Shown one piece after another: positions 49,573-61,200 of a stretch of DNA of 64,000 nucleotides (its first letter is position 1; each line of letters opens with the position of its first letter). The notes beneath the pieces are model-generated. The model searched no databases and had not been told where the DNA came from. It worked only from the letters and a program-made list of their open reading frames with translations. The stretch is taken from the NCBI GenBank assembly GCA_963789265.1, contig CAWBKB010000001.1, positions 1,600,001 through 1,664,000 on the forward strand, written 5' to 3'. The stretch is from an uncultured delta proteobacterium (GTDB taxonomy: Bacteria; Desulfobacterota; Desulfomonilia; Desulfomonilales; Desulfomonilaceae). A program made the translations under genes and the position numbers.

Positions 49573-50385
49573 ATGAAGAAAATTGCGTTTTTCGCAGTGT
49601 GTTTTGTTTTCACAACGATCGGAGTTTCCGGCGCCGCACAATCGGACAAATCGGAAATCAAATTGCTGGTGCCGAACGTTACTCTGATTCCGAGCCAAGA
49701 CGTTAAGTCCGGAGAGACAATGTTTGGCTTGTACAACACCGATCTTGGTTATGTGCTGCTCCCTTCAAAGATCGTCGTCGAATCCGGCGTAGACGACCGG
49801 TGCCGGAAAAATATGAAAGTCCGAGTTGAGGGCGAGAAGCAGCCTGTCCTTCTTGTCTCGGGATTGTCCTCGCTGAAGAGCGGCAAAGTTAAGACCGTGT
49901 TTTCAGGACGCAGATTCTTGTTCCCCGGTGAGTCTTTCGTCTTAAAGAATGACGAGCAGGAAGGAGGATGCCCTCCTCCTCTGAGCGACCGTTACGTTCT
50001 GACGGCTTTGGGCCGAGCAGTAAATCATGCCGACAGAGACCTGATTTACGATTACGCTGTGAAAATGTCTCGCCGCGGCCAAAGCCAGACGCTGGAATAT
50101 TACAAGGCCGCGGAGAACGCACAGCCGGATCGACCGACTCAATACGGCATTCTGGACGTGACGAACCTTCCTGGGAGATGCCACCCTGAGGATGTTAAGC
50201 GGGTTCCTGTGCTGACATGGGCCGGAGATCTGGACAGAGACGGAAAGCCGGATCTATTTATGTGGTGGCCGTGCCCCGGCAAAGATGCGGGTGTGCAAGA
50301 GCTCTTTCTCTCATCTAAGGCCAAGGGTACTGATTTTGTAGAGAAAATTCCCTCGGTCGTCCTAACTCCACCATTATGCAAGTGA
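49573..50385 (+). CDS. Exported hypothetical protein with an FG-GAP-like Ca-binding motif
   Basis: Signal peptide; WAGDLDRDGKPDL. Confidence 0.7.
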   Translation: MKKIAFFAVCFVFTTIGVSGAAQSDKSEIKLLVPNVTLIPSQDVKSGETMFGLYNTDLGYVLLPSKIVVESGVDDRCRKNMKVRVEGEKQPVLLVSGLSSLKSGKVKTVFSGRRFLFPGESFVLKNDEQEGGCPPPLSDRYVLTALGRAVNHADRDLIYDYAVKMSRRGQSQTLEYYKAAENAQPDRPTQYGILDVTNLPGRCHPEDVKRVPVLTWAGDLDRDGKPDLFMWWPCPGKDAGVQELFLSSKAKGTDFVEKIPSVVLTPPLCK

Positions 50386-50491
50386 CTGTTTGGGGAATTT
50401 CCGGTTGTGTTGGGTGGCCTTTGGCTGCTTGCATGATCCAGTTTCTATGACGGCCCCTGTCAAGACGTGGCAATACTCCCTTGAAAGGGCG

Positions 50492-51460
50492 TTAGTGTTG
50501 ATTGTTGAGAAAGGCAACCGCCCTCGACTCCGACCAATACTCTCCTAATCGGTTAAATGCAATGAATCCCACATGACCGCCGAATTCGGGAAGCTCGAGA
50601 AAGAAGGACTTGCTCTCTCGTGCTTCTTGCACCGGATAGGCAGCTTCGGCCAAAAATGGATCGTCTGCGGAATTGACCAGCAGGGTGGGGATGGAGATTC
50701 TGGGTATAAATGGTCTGCAAGAGCTCTTTTCATAGTAATCCAGAGCGTCTTTGAAGCCGTGAAGAGGGGCCGTGTAATGATCGTCGAACTCCTTGAGTGT
50801 TAAGATTTTATTGTAATCTTTGTCATTAATCAGATCCGGCATGATCCGTTTCTTCATCTTAATCTTCTCATGCAAAAGTCGAAGAAATCGTTTGAGATAG
50901 ATTCCACCTCCCGATTTCGTGATTTTTTCTTCGCACGCCGTCAAATCGCATGGCACGGAAAACGTAACCGCTTTCTTGATGGAGGGGTGAAGGCTCGTGG
51001 CCTGCTCTCCCAAGTATTTCAGCACGACATTGCCTCCCAAGCTGAACCCGATGAGAGCCAGATTCGAGTACCTATTTGCGGCAATAATGTGCAAAATCAC
51101 GGTGTGCAGGTCCTGTGTGTCGCCGCTGTGATAAAAGCGCGGCTTTTTATTGCACTGGCCGCTGCATCCTCTGAAATTCATTGCCACCGCGTCCCAGCCG
51201 GCATGGTTGACTGCCTTAACCATCCCCTGAACGTAGGAACGGCTTGAATCACCTTCCATCCCGTGCAGAACGACGGCCAGTCGATCTGTGCCGCGTGTTG
51301 ACCAGTCAAGATCCAGGAAGTCGTTGTCCGGCGTGTCGATTCGTTCCCGCCGGTAATTTACATTCGCGACTTTCCGCAGGAGGCTGGGCATTATTGTCTG
51401 GACGTGAGCATTAGAACAGAGCATTGGAGGTGAATAAGCGGATGGATTGATTACAGGCAT
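50492..51460 (-). CDS. YheT-family alpha/beta hydrolase
   Basis: DFLDLDW, LHGMEG, FYHSG, GFSLGG, DDPF, GGHVGF. Confidence 0.92.
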   Translation of the reverse strand: MPVINPSAYSPPMLCSNAHVQTIMPSLLRKVANVNYRRERIDTPDNDFLDLDWSTRGTDRLAVVLHGMEGDSSRSYVQGMVKAVNHAGWDAVAMNFRGCSGQCNKKPRFYHSGDTQDLHTVILHIIAANRYSNLALIGFSLGGNVVLKYLGEQATSLHPSIKKAVTFSVPCDLTACEEKITKSGGGIYLKRFLRLLHEKIKMKKRIMPDLINDKDYNKILTLKEFDDHYTAPLHGFKDALDYYEKSSCRPFIPRISIPTLLVNSADDPFLAEAAYPVQEARESKSFFLELPEFGGHVGFIAFNRLGEYWSESRAVAFLNNQH

Positions 51461-51531
51461 GCTATTAACTCCCGAGGACCTCGGCCCAGTGACCTGGAGT
51501 CGAATTGAATCCCGCCGTGCGAAGGACTTGA

Positions 51532-51765
51532 CTAATGCCGGAAAAACCAGAGTAGAGCATTCAGCAGTAAGGTAATGACAATACTGATGATGATACTCGT
51601 CGCCAACGGAAAACGGAACGAGAACCCCGGTCGTTCCACTCTTATGTCACCGGGAAGGCTGCCGAAGGGAATGCCTATTTTTCCTGCCAGCCAAACCAAG
51701 AGCCCGACTGCGATAAGCCCCAACCCGAGCAAAATAATCCATTTGCCTAAAGCTGAGAAATCCAT
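51532..51765 (-). CDS. DUF2905 membrane protein
   Basis: GSLPGDI..FRFPLATSIIIS. Confidence 0.85.
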   Translation of the reverse strand: MDFSALGKWIILLGLGLIAVGLLVWLAGKIGIPFGSLPGDIRVERPGFSFRFPLATSIIISIVITLLLNALLWFFRH

Positions 51766-51981
51766 AATACAAAGTTACACTCTCTTGCACCCTTGTGCCA
51801 ATGTGCTGCGACGGGTAACCAAATTCGCTATTTATTTGACACAGGGGCCTGGAGTGGGCTGCATCCAAACCTCGCATAGCACCCGGTACGCTACGCGATA
51901 CCTTTACAGGACATGCTGCGCCCGCCCAATTGGAAAGAGAGTTCAAGTCTTGATACACCCTACTCTGAAGGCACCAAATCC

Positions 51982-54474
51982 TTATTCGGAGTCGTCGTCA
52001 CTGCCGTCGCCGCCTCCTTTGACTGCCTCCTCGGCAGCCACCTCGAATTCTTTTATTCCTCGCGCCAGCTCGTCCAGGCGCTGATCCACCAGATAATTGA
52101 TCGTCTCCTCGGGATAATTGCCTTCTGAATCCCTCGCACCAGCAGGAACACCGGTGAGTATCTCGATACCCTCATCAATGTTATCCACCGCCCAAATATG
52201 GAATTGTCCGTTTTTCACCGCTTCCAGGACGTCAGTATGGAGCACTAGATCTCCCGTGTTCAGTCGAGGAATCATGACCCCCTGGGTTCCGGTGAGGCCC
52301 TGGGCGCGACATACCTTGAAGAAGCCTTCTATTTTTTGATTGACCCCCCCTATGGGCTGCACTTCTCCGTGCTGGTTCACACTGCCGGTGACCGCTATTC
52401 CCTGGTCAATCGGCTTTTGAGAGAGTTCGCTCAAGAGGCCGTATAGTTCCGTGGAAGAGGCGGAATCACCATCAACTCCACTGTAAGATTGCTCGAATGT
52501 TATGCTCGCCGTCAGGTTCAGAGGTTTGTCCTGGGCGAAGCGAGCCCGCAGAAAGCCCGACAGTATGAGGACTCCCTTGTTATAGCTCTGCCCTGACAAC
52601 TCGGCTTCTCTCTCGATATTTATGATTCCCAATTTACCCATACTAGTCTTTACCGTGATTCTAGACGGGCGCCCAAATGAAAATTCAGGAAAGCTGTACA
52701 CGCTCAACCCGTTAATCTGCCCCACGCGTTCTCCCTTAGTGTCAATCATTAGGGTGCCGTCTTCTATATACTCCTGAATCTTGTCTTCCATCATATTGAG
52801 GCGCTCGATGCGATCCGCGTTGGCTACTTCCACATGGGAGGCTGCGATTACTGATGAATCAGCTTCACGCGCTCTAAAGTCCGCTTCGCGGAATAGATCC
52901 GCGATGAGCTCAAACCTGGCTGTGAGCTTCTTCTTTCTCCCAGCCCAACGAGTAGCTAGCCTGGCAATTTCTTCCACTCCCGAAGGATCGCACGCCAGCA
53001 GTTCCTCCTCCGAGCAGATACGTGCAACGAATCCGACCAGTTTGGCTATATTTGTCTCGTTGTTTGGCATGGTCAGGTCGAAGTCCGCTTTGATCTTGAA
53101 GGTCTTGCGAAAATCTTCGTCGTACCAATGTAGTAGCTCATAGATTTCCGGATCGCCGACCACAATCACTCTCACCTTGATCGGAATCTTTTCAGGTTTC
53201 AACGCCGTGGTGAAAAGAAAACTGAACGGATCGGTCTGCATCTCAAGCACCTGGTCGCGAAGGCTCCTCTTGAGAGTCGGCCACACTCCCACTTCTATGA
53301 GGAAGTCTCGGGCATTGAGCACGAGGTACCCGCCATTTGCCTTCAAGAAACTTCCTGCCTTGATTTGACGGTAGTCGGATAACCACATCCCGCTGCGATC
53401 CATGACTCGCTCAATCGTGCCGAAAAGATTGCGAAAAGTCGGGGTGTTTTCAATCACTACGCGTGGCTTGGCAGTCTCCGAATTGTCCACGAGAAGATTG
53501 ACCTCATAATCAGCGAACTGGGTAGGGTTGGGAGGAACGATCATGGGCGGGCCGGGGGTTTCCCCTCCGGTTGGGGTTGGAACTATTCGCGGTCGAAACC
53601 TCTCAAGATGATTCATGATGTCAGCTTCTATCTCTTCGAGGTATGTTTTTACGGACTCCTCCGGATGCTTTTCATGTATCGGCGCCATCAAGTCCTTTAG
53701 CATAGGTTGAATCCAATGCTTGGCGAGTTCTTCCAGGTCTTCTTGAATTGTCTTGTCTATGTCTCTGGCTGTTTTGAAAATCTTTTCCATCTCTTGGGAC
53801 AATTCTTTGTATTTTGCCTTGATTCTTTCGAGTTCCTCAGCAGAAAACTTACCTTCTTCCACCAAAGCCTCGAGCTGTTCGATCTTCATTGGATTGCCGA
53901 CGATTACCGGAGCCAGATCGGGACGAGTAAACGGCCCTACCTGCACCTGGACCATCATGAAATTCTCAGCGGAGACCTTATTCTCGAAGTTCTTGAAAAG
54001 GGCCTTTTGAGATCCCATGTGGCGGTTAATGATTTCATTTCGAGCTGATTGAAACTCTTCACTTTCGAATATAGCGGGGACCTTCTTCTTGAGTGAGCCG
54101 ATAAGATCGCTCATCTGCTGTTTGAGAACTATCCCTCGCCCTGCATCCAAAGCCAAAAGTCTCGGCTGGTCCGGATTCTTAAAATTGTTTACGTAGCAGA
54201 GATCCGGTGGTATTGGTCCTCCGACATTGAATTCGTCCAGGAGCTTGAGAACCGTGGCAGTTCGTCCGGTGCCGTTGCTTCCGGCTACAAAAATGTTGTA
54301 GCCGCTACCTTTCATTGCAAGACCGCGCCGAATTGCCTTCACAGCTCGGTCCTGGCCAACGATCTCCTCGTGAGGCTCTACGTCGGCGGTCGTATTCTTT
54401 ATGATCCCCTCCGCCGGCCCACTCCAACTCAACTCCTCCAACGACAACTCCAGCCTGTCTCGCAAACCTGTCAT
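51982..54474 (-). CDS. Lon-family protease (LonC/AAA_32 type)
   Basis: GQDRA, LKANGGYL, GQINGL, FEQSY.GVDGDSAS, PIGGVNQKIEGF. Confidence 0.93.
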   Translation of the reverse strand: MTGLRDRLELSLEELSWSGPAEGIIKNTTADVEPHEEIVGQDRAVKAIRRGLAMKGSGYNIFVAGSNGTGRTATVLKLLDEFNVGGPIPPDLCYVNNFKNPDQPRLLALDAGRGIVLKQQMSDLIGSLKKKVPAIFESEEFQSARNEIINRHMGSQKALFKNFENKVSAENFMMVQVQVGPFTRPDLAPVIVGNPMKIEQLEALVEEGKFSAEELERIKAKYKELSQEMEKIFKTARDIDKTIQEDLEELAKHWIQPMLKDLMAPIHEKHPEESVKTYLEEIEADIMNHLERFRPRIVPTPTGGETPGPPMIVPPNPTQFADYEVNLLVDNSETAKPRVVIENTPTFRNLFGTIERVMDRSGMWLSDYRQIKAGSFLKANGGYLVLNARDFLIEVGVWPTLKRSLRDQVLEMQTDPFSFLFTTALKPEKIPIKVRVIVVGDPEIYELLHWYDEDFRKTFKIKADFDLTMPNNETNIAKLVGFVARICSEEELLACDPSGVEEIARLATRWAGRKKKLTARFELIADLFREADFRAREADSSVIAASHVEVANADRIERLNMMEDKIQEYIEDGTLMIDTKGERVGQINGLSVYSFPEFSFGRPSRITVKTSMGKLGIINIEREAELSGQSYNKGVLILSGFLRARFAQDKPLNLTASITFEQSYSGVDGDSASSTELYGLLSELSQKPIDQGIAVTGSVNQHGEVQPIGGVNQKIEGFFKVCRAQGLTGTQGVMIPRLNTGDLVLHTDVLEAVKNGQFHIWAVDNIDEGIEILTGVPAGARDSEGNYPEETINYLVDQRLDELARGIKEFEVAAEEAVKGGGDGSDDDSE

Positions 54475-54663
54475 GATATAACTTCTCCTACAATTTGATC
54501 AACTCTTTGATTTCATTCTTCGTCCATGGGAAAAGAGGGTCTTTTGCCTCCCACAATATGTCTAGTATTTCCTGTTCCGCCAACACGCCCTTATTCTTCA
54601 GGAGCTTCATCGTTTCTACCAGGACCTGTTCCAGATTGAAGCCACGACTGTCTTCTTTCATTT

Positions 54664-55143
54664 CTATTCTCCGCGGCGACGCTGCGAACTCCGCCGAGCA
54701 AGGGCCTGTGTTTGCTGCAAGAAATCACGCAATACCGTAAGCGCCTCGACCTGAATGTCCACGAAACCGACACCCACAGAGAAAGCGTGGCCTGTCACGG
54801 TTGAGCGTCTCTCGTACCATTCCACTTGACCGAGCATCTCTATCGGGCTGAACCTTCTTCCCAGATCCAAAACAATCTCGAGAAAATTGCGAGCGAAAGT
54901 CCCCCCCGAGAAAGACAAGTGGAATCCATCGGCCTCCATCTTCTGCGTCTCAAATATAAGGCCACTTAGGCTTAATGACCGTGTCAATGCCTTGTATTGC
55001 GGCGATCGCCGTGTCGGGTTCTCTCCATGAATAACCGTGTATTTGAACCTAACCTGGATTTCCGCTGCAATCGTTGAATGAATTAGGATGTTGGTTTTGT
55101 CAACCATGTATTTCTCTGCTTTTCCGAGGGGCTCCGAGTCCAT
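54664..55143 (-). CDS. PilZ-like protein (degenerate motifs)
   Basis: SLSLSGL, GQVEW, VGVGFVDI pattern; no RxxxR. Confidence 0.6.
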   Translation of the reverse strand: MDSEPLGKAEKYMVDKTNILIHSTIAAEIQVRFKYTVIHGENPTRRSPQYKALTRSLSLSGLIFETQKMEADGFHLSFSGGTFARNFLEIVLDLGRRFSPIEMLGQVEWYERRSTVTGHAFSVGVGFVDIQVEALTVLRDFLQQTQALARRSSQRRRGE

Positions 55144-55359
55144 TGGCCTGTCTGAAATTGGTCGATGGCGAGTTCTCACGGACACTTGAACGTCGAATGC
55201 GTCGTACCAGTGCGAATTCAAGCGAGCAGGGCCTCAGCAAATCTGGGCATGCTGCTACAGGCGGACCTCCTTCACTGCAAGCGCCAACGACGGATATGGT
55301 TCCGCGCAACTTTCCCAGTTGGCTGCCGGCTACGTCAATTGCTACGCGACGCACCCGAA

Positions 55360-55965
55360 TCATCCCCCTTTTCCAGTTCCGAAAAGTATGCGGTCCACGA
55401 CTTCTACGATGGCGTGTCCGATGGTTATGTGAACCTCCTGAATGCGCGGTGTGGCTGCGCCCTCCACATGAAGATAGTAACGGCAGAACTCTTTCATAGG
55501 GCTATCCGCCGGTCCGCCAATGCCTATAGTAATGAGTCCCAGTTGCTCGGCTGCCTTGAGACCTCTGAGCACATTGGGAGATTTACCGGAGGTGCTGATT
55601 CCCATCGCCGCGTCCCCCTTCTTGCCCAGTGCCTTTATCTGTTTTTCAAAGATCTCTCTGTAGTCAAAGTCGTTCGAGATTGCCGTCAAGACGGAGCTAT
55701 CCGTCGTCAGGGCAACGGCCGGGAGTGGGGGCCTGTCCATTATATACCGGTTCACGAACTCGGCTGCGATGTGCTGTGCGTCCGCGGCAGATCCCCCATT
55801 GCCGAAAAGCAGGATCTTGTTTCCTTGGCCCAGCACGCTTGCCAGTATCCGCGTCACGGCTTCAAGGGTCTCCATGTTTGTCTGCAGGAAGCTTTCCTTA
55901 AGTCTTACACTCTCTTCGAAAATCTCCAGGATGCGATTTCTCAAGATCTTGTCCAACCCTATCAA
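55360..55965 (-). CDS. gmhA: D-sedoheptulose 7-phosphate isomerase
   Basis: GNGGSAADAQH, TAISND, STSGKS, RIQEVH. Confidence 0.97.
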   Translation of the reverse strand: MIGLDKILRNRILEIFEESVRLKESFLQTNMETLEAVTRILASVLGQGNKILLFGNGGSAADAQHIAAEFVNRYIMDRPPLPAVALTTDSSVLTAISNDFDYREIFEKQIKALGKKGDAAMGISTSGKSPNVLRGLKAAEQLGLITIGIGGPADSPMKEFCRYYLHVEGAATPRIQEVHITIGHAIVEVVDRILFGTGKGG

Positions 55966-56198
55966 GATTTCGGTGCGCCGCTGACCACGTGTCCCAGTTT
56001 TACATTATCATTAAGCCCCGGACAATGAATTTTCTATTGCAACATGTCAAATATATTCTTTTATTATTTCATTGGACATGTCGATAAAGGCGTTTGAAGG
56101 CTCGACGAGACAAAAAAATATTAGCCTTAAACCCGTTGCCTTTGTTAAATTACTATTATCGAGAAGCTTCCACAGGGTATAGAGTAATTGGCTTGGGT

Positions 56199-58198
56199 AT
56201 GACCTTTTCGAAACACGATATCGTAGATTACTATGACAGTCGCAGGATTTCATGCGGGTTAGTCATAGAGGTAGATGATCGGCGGCTTCGTATCCTCAAC
56301 GACCAGGGCAAAGAAACGAAGATATCGTTCAGCCGCGCCCTAATCGCTGGAAAGGACCCATCTTTCCCGTTCGAGGGAAGCCGGGACGAACAGGTAAACA
56401 GGCTCAAGGAGATTAACTCTCGGAGGGAGGAAATCAAGACGCGTATAGACCTTCGGGAACTCTGGGATGTCGTCGGCCTAGAAACGGGTGAAATCGATAT
56501 TGAAGATCTGACCGAGCTCTTTTTCGGTAGCGCACACGATCCTAACTATGCGCCTTCGCTTCTTAGGGCAATTTTCGAGGACAGGCTCTACTTTAAGATC
56601 CGCCCCGACAAAATTGAAGTGCCCAGACCGGAGCATGTCCAGCAAGCCCTGATCCAAAGAGAGAAGGAAAGGGATCGAACAGCCTTTATAGCTCGTTGCT
56701 CCGAATTCTTGGCCCGGTTTAAGGAGACCGAGAGAATAGATGTTCAGGAGGCCCCGGAAGGACTCATACCTCTGTTGGAGGAGGCAGCGCAATATGGTCG
56801 GGATTGGCCTACGCTCAAGGCCGTAAAAGACATTTTTGCGCAAGCGGGCTTGTCTCAGAAACCTGGATCCTTTCCGAGTGCTTGTCAAACTGAGTGTCTG
56901 GCCGGAGGATGAGAACGTAAGCCTGCGGGCCGAAAAGATTCCTGTGGAATTTTCTCCCGAAGCGGAGGCAGAGGCACGCGAGGTTGCAAATAGACCTGTG
57001 CCCGATTCGGTCGAAGATCTTACCGGCGAGGATCTCATAACCATCGACTCTGTCTTTACTCGAGACGTGGATGATGCACTGTCCCTTCGTTTGGAGGGCG
57101 ATGGAGCGGTTATCGGCATTCACATCACCGATGTTGCTTATTTGGTGGATCATGATTCCATGCTCGACCGGGAAATCCGCGAGCGAGGAACCTCCATATA
57201 TCTCCCGGATATTACAATCCCCATGATCCCGCGGGTTCTTTCCGAGGGAGCGGCGAGCCTAGTGGTGGGAGAGGTCCGGCCGGCCATAAGCCTTATGGTC
57301 AGGCTGAGCACCGATTTGAAGCCCGAGGATTTTACAATCCTCCCTTCTAAGATCTGCGTGAAAGAGCGCCTCTCTTACGAAGAGGCGGATAAGAGAATAT
57401 CAATTCGAGGTTCCAGGGAAGCGAAAATCTTCGCAATCGCTAATTCTCTTAGGGAGGATAGAATTGCCTCAGGAGCTCTCATCTTCAAGGATCCTGAACT
57501 ATCCGTGCGTGTGGATCGCGACAAAAAAATCGAGGTGGCTTGCAGAGACAGGGAGAGTCCGTCGCAAATCCTTGTATCCGAAATGATGATCCTCGCGAAC
57601 AGTCTCTTTGCCCGTTTCATGAAGGAACGTAACCTTCCCGGCCTGTTTAGGAGCCAGCCTCCTCCTCTGGAGAAGATAGACCTCGGGCCCGACTACGACC
57701 CCGTCTTGTCCTATCGAAGCAAGAAGGTTTCTGGCCCGCGGGGACCTTGGCACTGAACCGGCGCCCCATTCCACTTTGGGCCTGACCATTTATACAACCG
57801 CTACCTCGCCCCTACGTCGGTACCCGGACCTTTTGGTCCAGAGACAGCTCAAAACGGCCTTACAGGACCGGCCTTCGCTCCTGGGCCGAGACGAGTTGGA
57901 GAGCATCCTCGCCCAAATAGGCTATTCACTCGAACGTGCCACCCTCCTGGAGCGGGAACGCACGCGGTATTTCCTCCTGAAGTACCTGGAGCAGAGGAGG
58001 CACGAAGAATTCGAGGCTGTGGTGCTGCAACGTTTCCCGAGGTTCTATCTCGTTCAAATAACTCAGTACGGTTTTAATGCTGCTTTGATCACCTCGAGCA
58101 ACGTTTCGCTAAATTCTTATGATCGGGTTATAATACGCGTTGAGAAAATCAACCCCAGGGACGACAAACTTACCTTGTCCCTGGTAAAACTATTGTGA
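56199..58198 (+). CDS. RNase II/R-family exoribonuclease; +1 frameshifts near 56860 and 57729
   Basis: TIDSVFTRDVDDALS, IHITDV, VSEMMILAN, TSPLRRYPDL across three frames. Confidence 0.88.
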
Positions 58199-58202
58199 AG
58201 TA

Positions 58203-61200
58203 ATGGCGGACGAAAAAGTAATAATAAAGATCACCCCTACTCCTGCGGTCCAAGATATCTCCCGGATGGATTTACTCAGACTGTCGCGAATGACCGGACT
58301 GGCCCCGGAAAAGGTCAACCAGCGGATCTCGACCGGCAAGGGGATCGCCATCATTACGCGCATGCACCCGAAGGTGGAAGAGGTAGCCCAACTCCTCAGG
58401 CGGATCGGCTTTTCCGTTACCACCGGACCCGTAGAAAACCACAAAGACCTACTCACTTCTCCGCGCGCGTCTTCGCCTGCGCAGGTGCATGAAGAGAGCG
58501 AATGGAAGGTTGGTGAGGTCATCGAAAACCTCTATGAAGTCCGGGACATCAAATACGGAGGAATGGGGGCTGTCTATCTGGTTCGCCACCGCCGATGGGA
58601 CATCATGATGGCCGTCAAGTCGCTGCTTAGCCGCTTACGTGAAATTGAAGAGGATCGAGCTCTGTTCCTAAAAGAGGCGGAGACATGGATAGACATAGGA
58701 TTTCATCCCAATATTGCTTCCTGCTACTACGTGAGGAACATCCAGGACAGTCCTAGAATCTTCATTGAGTACGTTGACGGAGGTGCCCTGAATGAATGGT
58801 TGGCTCGGCATAGCCCGGTGGGGTGGGACCTAATTCTCGATCTGATGGTCCAGTTCAGCGACGGCCTGGAACATGCTCATTCCAAAGGGCTGGTTCATCG
58901 AGACGTAAAGCCGGGCAATTGCATGTTGACCAAAGACGGCGTCTTGAAGGTCACCGACTTCGGCCTGACCAAGAGACGCGGTCAGTCACAGGGGAGCGAT
59001 CAAACATTTGACCCATCCATTTCGGGAGCGACGATGACGCTGGAGAGGGAATCGGTAACCGCGGCCGGAATGGGCACGCCCAGCTACATGGCTCCTGAAA
59101 TGTGGATTCCCCATTCCGAGGTAGGGCCGCCGGCGGACGTCTATGCCTTCGGAGTGATGTTCTTTGAGATTTGCTGCGGGCGAAAGCCATTTGTCATCCA
59201 GGCCGGGGACAAACGAGCGAAGCTGGGGTTAGCTCATGTGAAGCAAGCGCCGCCGCGTCCTTCCACATTCCGCAGCAATATTCCCCCCGCGATCGAGGAG
59301 ATGATTCTCAAGTGTCTCAGAAAGGACCCTTTAGAGCGCTATGGCTCGTTTCGACAGATAAGACAAGAACTGGCCGGCATATATGAGGATATTTGCAAGA
59401 CACGATTTCCTCGCGAATCTCCCGACGAAGTCAAGTTGTTCTCAGACGCGTTGAACAATCGCGCAGTTTCCCTCATGGACTTGAATCATGAGGAGGAGGC
59501 GGAGAGGGCTTTCATGAGGGCCGTGGAATCCGATCCGCATCACCCCGAAGCTGTGTATAATCTCGGGCTCTTGGAATGGCAGCGCACAAAAAATCCTGAT
59601 AGGGAATTGGTCGTTCGCATGGAAGAAGTCGTGAAAACTCCCGAGTATGTGGGGCGAGGTGCAAATCTGTTGGGCCGGTGCCTGCTCGCTCTGGGAGATG
59701 CGCGAAAGGCTCTTACCGCCTGCGAGCTCTCACTTTCCTCGGAAGATGCGACTGAAGCATGGCTTAAGCATTACGCGATAGCGTTGATCGGCGTGGGCAA
59801 AGAAATTGATGCAATTAAGCATCTTGAGACCTATTTAATCAGTTTTCCAGAGGACGAAGAGGCGGTGGGCTGGCTGATCGGCGCTATGGTACGAAGCGGA
59901 CGCGAGAAAGAAGCTCGCGATAAAATCGGATCTCTGCCGGACCCTTCCGAGATTCGTCACACGGAACTTCAAGAGATCTCGCGGCGATTTTTCTTTTCAG
60001 GCTTGACCGAGACCTTGGTCCTCCGAGGCCACGGCGGTTGGGTAACCTGCCTTGTGCAATCACCGAAATCGAATCTTTTGATAACAGGGGCCCGGGACAG
60101 AACGATCAAGATATGGGATGCCGTTACGGGAGAGGAGTTAAGGACACTTAGCGTTGTCGGCGAGCCGCCCGCGGCCCTGTGGATTTCGCCTGACGAGCAG
60201 CTTTTGGCTATCGCAGCCTCGCTGGGGGACATTCCCGTAAAGATATTGGATCTGCAATCCGGGCGATTCGTGGGACACCTGATTGCTCACGGCGGAGTCG
60301 TCACCGCAGGAGGCTTCTCACCTGACGGCAAACATATAGTGACGGTAGAACAGACAGGCGTGATGCGTTCGTGGGAAGTGGAACACGTCAAGGCCGTAGC
60401 CACCTTCAAGATTCCCGCACACACCTCCGCAGCCATTACCTTCGATGGAAATTCCAAACCGGTTGTGTTCATATCGGGTTTGGACCGAACGGTCAAGAGA
60501 ATACTCCCACTGGATGCCGGAACAAGGGCCTTCGAGCGGGTGCATCGCGAACTGGTCACGGCCCTGAAGGTGGACCGGTTCGGCGAGCATGTCTTGACCT
60601 GTGGGAAGGACAAACAGACGATAACCTGGGATGCTCGTACGGGCAAGGTGATTACCGTTTTCCAGGCCCATCAGGACCCGGTCACGGCATTGGCGCTGTC
60701 TCCGACAGGTGACTTGTCTGCGAGTTACGATCCGAAAGGCGGGATCAAAGTTTGGGACTCCCAAAGCGGTATCGTACACAGGAATTTCCATGCAGGTGAT
60801 GGCGAGGTGAACTGTCTCGAATTTTCATCGGATGGGGAACGACTTTTTGCGGGCGGCAAAGACATGAGCTTGCGAATTTGGGATGTTCGTGGGCGTCCAA
60901 TTTTTCCTAACATGGCTCTGGCGAAGATCCGACCTATTAGGAAGCAGATGAAATCCGACCGCAAATTCAAGGCTATGGTAGACGCGGCCAAAAAAGCCAT
61001 GAAAAGAGGAGCGTTTTCGACCGCCTACTCGATGCTCCGCGAAGCACAGATTCTGCCCGGGTACGAACGCTCGGACGTGACTCTGGACCTGATCGTCCGC
61101 ATGAAGGAGCATGGAACGCGACTCGGCCTTCGCGGCGGATGGATGCGAAGAACATGTGAGACCTCATGCAGCGTGATGGACATTTCATTTTCTCCGTCAG

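Noticed and set aside
55165..56028. 287-aa plus-strand ORF and similar long antisense ORFs (9477-10241, 12399-13151)
   Set aside because: Antisense shadows of gmhA, the IS1182 transposase and trmFO
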